Positions 12,238 to 23,166 of a DNA stretch of 64,000 nucleotides are shown here, piece after piece; the first letter of the stretch is position 1, and every line of letters begins with the position of its first letter. The stretch comes from Asterias rubens (Eukaryota). The notes below the pieces were generated by a model. That model was not told the DNA's origin. It saw only the letters and a program-made list of their open reading frames with translations, and searched no databases. The DNA is taken from the NCBI RefSeq assembly GCF_902459465.1, contig NC_047080.1, forward strand, positions 11,842,001 through 11,906,000, given 5' to 3'. The position numbers were made by a program, and so were the translations under genes.

Positions 12238-15200
12238 ATGGCGGGCAGGGGTTCGAATGTCTCAACGAAAAGCTCTACCTCAAACGGGCAGCATAAACGT
12301 CCATTTCTTATTGGCGTCGCTGGAGGGACGGCATCCGGAAAGGTAAGAATATCAAAAGAGCACTTGTGGATTTTCATCAAATATATCTGCTTTTATATTG
12401 AGAAAAAAAAGGGATTTTCGACTTGGTATTTTTTCGCGGTCATGACGTCGTGAACAAAGAATTACGGTCAACATGCGTTCCATGCATGATGCAACGTGAT
12501 GGCAACACGTGTTAGCTATATGTCTGGTTTCTGCCGCGCACACCACACACATTGGGTTTTTCAATAGGATTGACTGGAGAACGACCCAAACAACTTGTTT
12601 ACAAAACAGAAAGTGACCCGTGGCCATCAATTTTAGCATGTTTTCAAACAAGGGAAATGAGGCGCTCTCGCAACACAGTTTTTGGGGATTCCCTTGTAAA
12701 TAATTACGCCTTACTTTACAAACTGTTGACATTCCAATGGCCTTGCTCACAGTAAAATATTTTAATGTAGCCGAACAATATTGTCACTCCCCATCCATAC
12801 TACTGACAGTGACACTGTACTATTGTATTATAATATTAGTATTATTGCAAAAAAACTAATAATAAAGACCGTATTTTAAAAAGTGTTCCACTTTTGTTTT
12901 ATTTCTACCGCTCCGTTTAGATTTCTTCCTCCACTAGAGAGGAGTGAAAACAATTCTTCTTCTTTTTGGTGGGGGGGGGGGGGGGGGCTTGTTATAACTT
13001 TATTAAGGGGGTTCCCAGTCCCCACCAAAAACTGAGCTGAAAGTGTTGGGGGAGCTCAAGTTTTCTATTTTTGTAAAAATCCTAACTAAACCATCACCAT
13101 GCATGTGTGCCAATTAATTTTGATTTTATTTGAACCATGGAGAGATTCCTTCTTGAACATTTCTTATAATATACAAGTTATATTAGCAATGACAACATTT
13201 TAAATAGCTCTTTAAAATGTTAGTTTCTTTGCCAATAAAAAAAGCAGGTTGTTAAAATAAACCTAAGAATATTTATTCCCCCCCCAAAAAAAAAAAAAAA
13301 TGATAATAACAATAATAAAATGAATTACCATAACAATTTAATTTTAAGCTGTATCCTTTATTAATTTTGCTAATACATAATTGAATCAGTACATATAGTC
13401 CACCCAATTTAAAAGTTGTTCTGTTCTTTTATTTTCGTTTTACAAACTATCCAACCAACCCAACAGCAACACAGTTTTTATATATATTTGTCAATGTCAG
13501 AGACTTGATGAATGCTCATGAACATTTTGGTGCCTAAAACTAGTTGGAATGCAGCACTCACAGTATACTTCCAATGTTACTATGGCTAAGGGTTCGGGCT
13601 AGGGGGTTTGAGAGCTGTTGATGGCTAAGATCATTGGATGGGGGTTTGGGGGGCTAAGAAATTATGCCGACTTTGACAGAATTTCATCAGAGTGCTATTT
13701 CATTTATGTAGCATGGAAAGATTTTACAAATCAGTATTTTGTTTACTTTGATAGCATCAAAAATGCATTACAAAAGGAACATTCTCCCCCCCCCATACTT
13801 AAACCATGGAGGTAGAAGGAAGACAGCTTTATTAAAACTATTGGTACAATATGATCACAGAGTAAGGGTATGAGGTGTTTTTAACTTGACTTTCTAGCGA
13901 TTATAAGATGAGAGGGTTAATTAATTTGAACACTTCTCTTTCACAAGGTTGTGGGTTCGAATCCCCCAGCTAACCACCGATTTCACAATGACTCTAGAAT
14001 AAATATTGTTATCTAGTTACTGAATTACAATTTCTTGATTTGTGTAATTCACAATCTAAACCAATGTTTGTATGAGAAAGATTGGCTGTTGCCAGCTTGG
14101 TATTTATATATCCCTTTGTGGGAGTTTGCCAGTTCCCTTGATGGGAAGATCATTCAAACAAACAAACAAACAAACAACTCATCAACATTACATTGAGTAT
14201 GGCTAGGGCAATAGAGTTCATGGCATCCGTGGCCTTGGTGTGGTAATCTTCTAGTCTAGGCTAACTGTTCATTGTCACTTGTTATTGTTTGGATTTCTAT
14301 AAACATACACTTTTCTATAAACATACACTTGTATACATTGTTTATTTTTAAGTGGTTTCAAAATAATGTTTGTTGAAGGGACAGGATGCCTCAAAGGTGA
14401 AGTTTGTTTTGTACTTCAGTAGAAACACTTGGTGCCCTTTGGTCACTTGATGGGAGCGTCTTCCTTCCTACACATATTCTGTTGCTGAATTTAGAATAAA
14501 CCTGTTTCCTGCATGACCCCTTTTGGTAGTTGGCGACTTACGCCATGGTCTCTCTTTAAAGCTTTTCTCTTTTGTTATTGTTTTCGTTTGTTTAGATGAA
14601 GCCCTAGCCTTGTTTACTTTTTTTGTCTAGTAATATGTTAATAATTACCATGTTTTGTTAAATGTCTGAAGAAAACACATTTTTCTAGGTGCTTAAACAT
14701 TGTCCTATTGTCCATTTTGTTGTCTTTATTCTGTCATTTCTTGTTTGCATTATAAATTTATCATTAAAAATTGGTCTTGTTTATATTTTTTATATGATGA
14801 GAATTGCTCAAACAAACAAATATTACAAAACACTTCTCTGAAAATGTAAACAAAAACAAAAAAAACTCTTATCAATATCATTGTCTAATGTTCTTTTATT
14901 TAAGAAATATGTTTGTGTTGAGTGTTTGTTCTCCCTTGTACTTTGTTCCCTTTTATCGGTTCAGCAAATGTAGGTGCCAAAAATAAGATTTCAATTCGCT
15001 GATGTGGGGCTCGGCACACCATCATGCACAATATCTCCAAGGAGCCTTCAACCTTTTATTGGCACAATAGAGATGGAGCTTCAAGGGGTTCTGTTGCAGA
15101 CCTCAGAGACTTTACCGGATACTCAATCCATTTTCTAAAAGCTGTTTACTGAAATGAAATCGAAAAGTATCCAGTTGCATTTATTCAGAAATAAAGAAAT

Positions 15201-18200
15201 CTATGTACATTATTTGTGCAAAGACTTTTTGTACCTCGTCATCTTTGTATGACCAGGAATATTTTGTTAGTTAATTTTGTTATTGTGAATTTCTGGCTTG
15301 TCATTTGTCAGATTATGCTAGATCTTAAACAAAAATTCTTGCTCAATGCAAGAACTTGTTTGCATCAATTTTTTGTTAAGTTAAGTAGCCAAAGAAGGGA
15401 TAAAGAACTGTCTCATTTTGTCTGCTACTTCAACATTCTCACAGGAGTTTTATTTGCTATGAACAAGGTGAAGGGAGAGTCGAGAAATTCCTCTGAAAAT
15501 GAAATAGACACCCAATGGGGACAAAAGGCTCCTTAAAGAGTAGGCTGCATGAGCCATTTGGTCAAAACATACTTCTAGTTGGGGCATCAAGCCCCTTAAG
15601 ATAAATGTTAAATTTGTTACATTTTAGATGCAAGAAAATATTGTACAACCATTATGACCCTCAAGCAATGTTTTATCAAACGGGTGGTTTCACATCATCT
15701 GTAGGCCCCTATACAAAATACCACGATGGGTGCTTGACAAGTTAAGTGACTTTATCATCAGCAGTCGGCTTGTTTTTCTCCTATGAAAATGAAATGAAAC
15801 TGCAGCATGTCCAACTTGGCAGCTTTGGCTGTGGCTGTTGCCAAGGGTGTTGATAAGGGCAACCTGTGCTGTGCTTAAATGGTTGTAGGCCTAAACATGG
15901 TGATCAAGCCGCAGCATCAGATTCCAACACAGCCCAAGACTATAAGAAATTAGTCTGGCCCTTTTATTGCATACAGGGTACAAGACCAGGACATTAATGA
16001 AGCAGCCTAATGAAGGTTCGAAATCTCAGTAAATCTCCCTTAAGATTGAAATGAAACTCAACCTTTTTACTCAACCAATCAATTTTGGTTTTTCTTTTTA
16101 GTCATCAGTATGTAGCAAGATAGTTGAGCGTCTTGGTCAACGGAACCTGGACTGCAGGAAGCGACAGGTCACAGTCATTGGTCAGGACAGCTTCTATCGA
16201 GACTTAACTAATGGAGAACAGGCTCGAGCACTCAAGGGACAGTTTAATTTTGACCACCCAGGTAGACATTTAACTCTTGATAATAACTCTAGACACAAAA
16301 TAATTTTCCAAAATCCTTCCCAACTTTTTTTTTCAAATTTTGTTTTCTTCTTTTAAATTTGATTCTGACAAATCTTCTTCCCACAGACGCGTTTGATTTT
16401 GATCTGATCAAACAAACGCTAGAAGACATAATGGAAGGAAAGGTCGTCAAGATCCCCATGTATGACTTCACAACAAATTCAAGGTGAATTGACCTTACTG
16501 TAAATCTTGCCCAATTAGACTTGAACTTCCTTAGCAAAGCTGTTCTATATTTATTCCTAAGATGCCATTATTGCCTTTGTATGATTTAATGAACGTTTGA
16601 AGGTTGATGTATTTTACCCTGAATTTTAAAAGTTAATCACTCCCCAGTTTCAGTTGAGCTGTTTACATTCAATATGCATGTTCTGTTTGTTTTCTGTTAT
16701 TCTAGGGTTATGTACGTCCACTCAATTTGCTTGTTATGTAACGATATATGTATGTATTACTAATTTATGTGTGTTTCATAGTCTTGAATGATTGTAACTG
16801 ATGGATTTTGAAGTATTTGCGATAAAAGTTCTCAGAGGTTAAGGGGTAACTTAACCCTTACCAACCACACCCCATCAAAATCCAACCGCAGGTTTTTTTT
16901 TTCATTCTGTCGGAATGAGGTAAACTAGTAAACTAGTAAACATGGGATCTGGCATAACCACCATAATCAGAGCCCAGCTCATTCTGGTAAAGGTTTGCCT
17001 GTAACTAGTGTGGATGGGAGAGTAATAATATTCCTGGTTATTGGCCTGGGTACAAAGGGCTCCTGTTAGAGGGAAATTTCAATTTCTACAGGAACATTTC
17101 AAAGGACTAAGATGATGACAAAGGGAATGGAGGTGATTCCCTTCGTTGCCTCCATCAAGTTTTAGATGTGAGTAGGGAAGGATTCTAGTAAACCACGTAA
17201 GGAAGTTCAATTTGTCAAAATGTTCTGCTTTCAGGAAAGTGGACGAGTACACAGAGGTATATCCAGCCGACGTGGTGCTCTTTGAGGGAATCTTGGTGTT
17301 TTATATGAAAGAAGTCCGGGATATGTTTCACATGAAACTATTTGTAGACACTGATGCTGATACCAGACTATCCAGAAGAGGTAGGTGTAGTCTTTTTAAG
17401 GATTATTTGTCAGTTTGCTAAGCATAGGAATAGTTTACTTAGTTGAAATAGCTTACAGGCTCACTACACTATGTTTGTCATCACAGCTTATCATATAAAA
17501 ATTGCACAAAGATAAATAAAATCTTCTTAGCAAATTTTGAGTACCTGTCAAGTCAAGATCTCATGTTATAAACATCACTCGTGACAGAGTGCTACTGTTA
17601 CAACGTTCCACAGCTTAGCTTTAAAGTGTTTCTGGAGACGGAAACGATTCTTCTAAAAACCAGATGGTTTGTCTGAAGTCATCCTAATGAATGAACTTGG
17701 TTTGTTTATTTTCTTCAGTTGTTCGAGACACAAAAGATAGAGGACGTGAGTTGGAACAAGTCTTGGTTCAATATGTCAAGTTTGTCAAACCTGCCTTTGA
17801 AGAATTCTGTCTACCAACCAAGAAGTACGCTGATATCATCATTCCAAGAGGTTCTGAAAACACAGGTCAGTTGTGAGAAAGGATGCGGGTTCATCGATGC
17901 TTTTTATGAAGAGAGGAGAAAGGGAAATGTTTGCATATTTTGAAGATACTCAATATGAATGTTGATAAGTACATTTGTAGTGAATATTGTACTTAACAAG
18001 TACAAGGACTGACACAACTGGTATATTGTAGAAACAAGCTTTGTGTTCCTGGTTTATTTACCTGTGATGCAAGTTTTTTGTAAAATGTGTTTGTTCTTTG
18101 TTTCCATAGTTGCAATCGGTCTCATCGTCCAACACATCAAGGATATTCTCAATGGAGGTATTAAGAAACACTACACCAACGGCAATACATTTCCAGATGA

Positions 18201-18276
18201 GAGTCTTGGAGTTGTTGAGAAACCAACCAGACAACGAAACCCATCAGAGTCAGGTGCAGGTGGGAGACCTCATTGA
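12238..18276 (+). CDS. UCK2: Uridine-cytidine kinase (UCK1/UCK2 family), 6 coding exons, 273 aa
   Basis: Exons 12238-12342, 16102-16261, 16387-16483, 17235-17380, 17719-17865, 18110-18276 (822 nt, phases consistent). Motifs: P-loop [78 protein letters not shown]-terminal RPH. Probably co-orthologous to vertebrate UCK1 and UCK2. Confidence 0.95.
13940..14015 (+). mobile_element. SINE fragment with B-box; second copy at about 62668-62745
   Basis: Shared tcacaaggttgtgggttcgaatc...ctaacc.c.gatttcac.atgact.ta.aataaa.attg. Confidence 0.6.
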
Positions 18277-19720
18277 AATAAGTGGCTCGTCAATTAGGAC
18301 TTCAGGAGTAACAGGTGTTTCCATATGGATCCCAGATTGATCTTAAGTTGGATTTATTTTAATGATTCAGAAAGAGTTGCTTATTAGTTGCAGTTTTTAC
18401 TTTAACTCTGGACTTTCTGAATCCATTAGAATGCACAGCAGATGTTGTAGTCCACACCATGGGTGGAATTGCATCAGATGTATTGGTCTCGTTGCCATGG
18501 TCATGGTCTCCCTGAACCAAATATACCATGTTGTCTGAAGTGCACTTTACAGTCGGGTGATTTGTCACAATTTTTACTGATTGAAGGAACTTGTACAATC
18601 TCCCTCTTCATTCTTAGACAATAAATCAATTAAGAGAAGAAAGATGATAATTAATGGGAAGAGAGATGTAGCCCTAATGTGAAAGCCCTCCAAGTTTTCC
18701 AATTGTGGTGATAGAGAGTCCGTTATTGTCTCAAATGTGACACCCTAGGAAATCAGGGATTTTACCCCAACAGACTAAATGGTACAACCCCATTTCAAGA
18801 TTACAATAGCAGTTTTGAACCATCACACTCCTGGCTTTATGACTTTCTTTCTTGAATATCAAGTCCATCTAATGCTGGTTTGATAGTTTAGGATGGTTAG
18901 CTTTATTGAAAACAACGACCAATCATAGCTGTTCTAAAGATCCATAGGTTTTTCATGATTGACTGACCAATGATTGGAGGTGAGGCATCAGAGATTTAAT
19001 CTTTGGGGGACCTCATTGGATAGTTCAACATTATTTAAATAAAATCCTTGAAGGATTGAAAATGCTTTCAGTTATAGATGGCATTCCTGTTTCTGATTTT
19101 TTAATTATTTGTTTTAGTGAGAGTTGGTACATAAAACATTTATTGGACAAACCAACAAAATTTATTTTTGACAACTTCCATGTGTCAAGTGAATCGGGGT
19201 CTAGATTTTGACAGCAAATTCAGGTATCTCGGGGTGATTTCCTGTTTTTTCTTCTCTTTATTAAAAAAGTTTCTGGTGTGAGACTTTGCCCAGTCAAGGT
19301 TGCCGATCCAATTTTGTTATTGATTACTTTCGTTAAAAAACAAACATGGTGTGGGTTCATGTTGGTCTGACCTACATGTCAAAACAGCCTAACTTAAAAA
19401 AAATGGTTCTTATATAAGATCATTTCTGAGTAAATTTTTGGATTATTTTCCCATTTCAAAGCTTAAATATATACTACGTATGGATTTGAATGTAACATGT
19501 CCTATCTCGGGCTCTTATACACTTTAATCCTGTTTTATGGCGAAACAGCTATACATACTTGCTTTTCTCAAAATGTATTTTTTTTTAAGTTGGACTGTTT
19601 TGTCATGGAAGGGTCAAGTTGTCAAAAACATGTTTTTCATATTGTGTAATGAATTTGATTTATTTGTTGATTCTATAACTTTACTATTCAGTGGCTTCGG
19701 TGAACAATGAAGCCCCGTCA

Positions 19721-19852
19721 TTGGTGGCCTTCGACATTTGAAAGCGTGTTTTATAATTGCTGCTCAGGGACTTTTAGCGACGTATTGATTGTGTCACTAG
19801 GTAACAACTTCATTAGTTTGTGGCTTCCTGTCTTAAACGAAGGGCCACCAAA
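19721..19852. repeat. Short inverted-repeat element
   Basis: ttggtggccttcg ... cgaagggccaccaa. Confidence 0.5.
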
Positions 19853-20520
19853 TAAATGTCATTCTTTTTAGTGTAGCTTATCTTGTAAGTTCATTTCCAA
19901 ATGTGAACTGTAGATTGAAGAGATCTTTTTTGCACAAACATTGGTGCTAAGATGTGAAAGAGTGGCTCGTGTTTGGTTTGAGATAGTGTCGTGAAATACA
20001 TGTAGCGTAGAAAAAACAAAAATGTGTTTGTAATATAAACTCACTTTAAATTGGGGCTTCCAGGTATGGCTGATCTTAAATCCATACGGTTTATTCAAAT
20101 GAATTTTATGACGGTATAGGTAACGTTTTATGAGGGGACACAGTTCTTTTTGAATGAGAATATCAATATTGGATTGTGCAAATTGTATCGTGAAAATGTT
20201 ATGTAAACATTTTACACTTATTGTAACTTGACTTGAATGTACTCGGAATGAGTTTTCCGTTTTCATGAAGTAGTGTTTGATTACCACGACCATGTAGTTG
20301 AATGTTGTAGGTTCGATTCCTACTCAAGTCATTTCTGCTTGATAGCTTGATAATGAAAACAGCTGACTCATCAGTCCCAGATTAGGCTTTAGTCAAGGTG
20401 TACACAGCACCTTGAGATGTCGGGCGCGACCCATCACGCATGAAAAAAGACCAGCAAATTACTTATAAATGGCTTGAAGTTTCAACTGAGATGAAGCTCC
20501 ATGGTGTATCCACCTATTTT

Positions 20521-20940
20521 GAAATGGTTTGAAGATTAAACATATAAGACTGAGATGACTGTACCCCATAGAGTTATATGTAAGAACTAGAGGGCGCACG
20601 AGTGATGCTTCGTGCACAAACGCCACGGGACCGCAAGATGACAAGCGCGGCATTCTGCACGCGCGTTGAATATGAAATACACGTTTGAGGTTTTTTTATT
20701 GAACGCTCACGCGATGCTGTTTGTTCAACTTACAAAATGGCCGCACAAACACACACTGTGAGATGCCAGTTTTGTCAACTTAGAAAATAGCCGCCTGCGC
20801 GCATGCCGGAGCGCGTATATAGGCCAGTGCGCCCTCTAGTTCTTATATATAACTCTATGCTGCACCCAGTACATGGAGCTCCTTGGTGTACCCTTCTATT
20901 TTGTCTCTGCATTTACTGAGGATGTCATTGATGATATCAA
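20521..20940 (-). pseudogene. Duplicated fragment of ANAPC5 exon 13 plus adjacent intron, split by a MITE
   Basis: 20521-20566 and 20868-20940 align to 4991-5108, about 85% identity by eye in the exonic part. The copy translates FDIINDILSKCRDKIEGYTKELHV versus ANAPC5 FDIINDILGECRDKIDGYTTELHV. Confidence 0.85.
20567..20859. mobile_element. hAT-type MITE, 293 bp
   Basis: 33-bp TIRs (catagagttatatgtaagaactagagggcgcac; one mismatch) and an 8-bp TSD, ctgtaccc (20559-20566) / ctgcaccc (20860-20867). Confidence 0.85.
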
Positions 20941-23166
20941 ATACGGCAGTCGGCGCCGGTCTTTTCTCGTGCATGATATCTGGGGTGCCGTGTGCACCTT
21001 GACTAAAGACTGGTCCCAGATAAGCTCAGGGTCACAGTGGCTTATTAAACAAGAGAACAGTGGTTTTACTTCTGTCCAATTCAATTGTGGAGTTTTGATG
21101 GTGAAGGGGCAAGTTAAATTTAATTATGTTTTTCAAAAGCTGACAGTAGAACAAAGTTGTGCCATGTTTAATTATGTAACAAAATAATGAAACATCAAGT
21201 GAATCTGATGGGGGTAATTTTTAAATAATTTGTGGTTGAACAAAGAAATTTACGTTTATCTTATTTTCATGAGACATTTTGGGTTTTTAGGATGTGCCAA
21301 ACCATTTTTATGGATCAGAGTGTTTTATTTGTAAGCTTGGCAAAACTGTCAGCAGTGCAAACCATTTCCTGTTTGTAGATAATTTGTCAAACTTATTTAC
21401 TTTGTTTGTCCTTCCTAGGAGGCCTAGTAAAAAAACTGATTTGTTTTACCTTGCCACAAGCAACAGTCTTTGTTAGAAGACGTGCGTCAAAGAAAGCAAA
21501 AGTTGCAATGAAGTTTTGTTTGTTGAGACAAATTTATTTTTGTATGTTTATTACAACTATCCAATAACCGTTCTCAATTATTTTCTTAGTATACACAAAA
21601 TACTTGAATCAAGTCTTTTTTTGTCTTATGGCCCAAAGAAAACGTTGGCTTGGTTATTTGTTCAAATTCCTAGGGTAGAAAACCTCTAGACAATCTGGCT
21701 TTGTTATTAAAAATATTGTTTTTTATTTGATTGACAATCTGTAAAAACCCGAGTATGCTAGAAGTACTCTCGTGTAAAGTAAGTATTATTGTTAGTTGCA
21801 AAAAAAAGCTTCTAGTTTGCTTGTTTTTATTAATTGTGATTTAAGCCTAAGGCGATGTTTAAGAAGTTGTGTCAGAATTTTGTCAAAGTCTTGAGAGGAA
21901 AGTGTAAAATTACTTTTGTCTTGGTAATTAGTAAAATTCTTAAGAAATAAAAGTAAAAGCTCGGAAAGCTAGAGTATTTAAAGCATTTAGTAAAAAAAAC
22001 ACTTATTTAAACAGTACAAGCATGCTTGCATACATTTATGTCATTTCATTTATTTCTTTTTAATGTTCATTTGATTTAAAACTTTTGTACATGTATTCAA
22101 ATAATTACAGTAAACAATTTTCTTTTTTTTTTAAAGGAAAAAATAAACTGCCTTCCTTTTCTTAGCACAGCAAGTAGCACTGTGACGAGAGTTACGAGTA
22201 TAAGATTTACTTGTGTATGAGGGTATTGTAATAAATATTACCGGTATTTAAATACGGCAAGTCCCCAAAAACCTATAAGGATGCTTATCACATTGAGGAG
22301 ACGCAAGCCAGGGTTCGATCTTAAGATGTGAATCGATCTTGATTGCAAAGCAAAGTGATGTCACAATACAAATCACTATGGTAATACTGACAACACATCC
22401 TAAAATGAGTGATCTTAGCGTTTTGTTAAATCAAGTCCAGGATCTCCTGATGCACTAGGTAATGTTTTCATAAAGCCTGTAAGCACACAAACGTGCAAAG
22501 CACAGACGAATCTTGCTTAGCAGAAACTTGGATTTTAACAATTTTAATCTGTTCAAGATCTTATACTTGGGTAGCTAAACTGTCCACAATAATGAGCCAT
22601 TGCTCAAATTAATTTGTATGATACATATAGTCTCTACTGATGTAAAGACTGTATTATATTTTCATCAATTTCTCTCAGCTATTCTGTGTCAAGGGTTCAT
22701 AATCTACTTGAATAATAGCTTCTTGCTTTGCATTTTGCTGGTAAACTTCTGCAACACAAAAGGTGCTTGAAAATATGACCCTGTATGTGCACTTCAAATC
22801 CCTTTTGTAAAAATCTCTTTTAAAATCATTTATTTACCTCACTGTTTATGTTTTGTGTCTAGGAAAAACACTTTGAATAAGCATTCTAAATAACCGCTTA
22901 AATTCCATTAGTAGTAGCTGTGTACTGGCTCTAAGCATTTCAACAAAAAACTTGTCACTGAACTATTCAGTTTTTGTAAAAAAAAATATTAAAAAAATAG
23001 AACTATTAAAAAAATCATAAACATAACATGCATTGTTGCCATGTAAATACTGAATAAAACAGTGTTAAAAAAAAGCCTTTGATGTAGTTATGAAGTCTTG
23101 TGGTATTTTATTGTAGATTCCACTTCTAACTGAATGGCAGGGCTATGTTGGAATGGCAGGGGGTCG

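Larger units (their letters stand above)
20387..21008. mobile_element. TIR-bounded non-autonomous element carrying a captured ANAPC5 fragment
   Basis: Inverted arms 20387-20455 and 20955-21008: outer 25 nt match 23/25, inner 23 nt match 19/23, with TA symmetric at both ends. The interior is homologous to 4991-5110. Confidence 0.7.

Noticed and set aside
13585-13655. G-rich gggtt/gggct runs resembling an interstitial telomeric repeat
   Set aside because: No consecutive TTAGGG units; low-complexity sequence only.
14794-14842. Box C/D snoRNA-like ATGATGA...CTGA in UCK intron 1 (similar at about 42518-42556)
   Set aside because: Too short, no terminal stem, no internal C'/D' boxes or evident guide.
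19868-20293. 141-aa minus-strand ORF downstream of UCK
   Set aside because: AT-rich UTR/intergenic composition, no motif, no splice context; it begins in a SINE-like B-box fragment.
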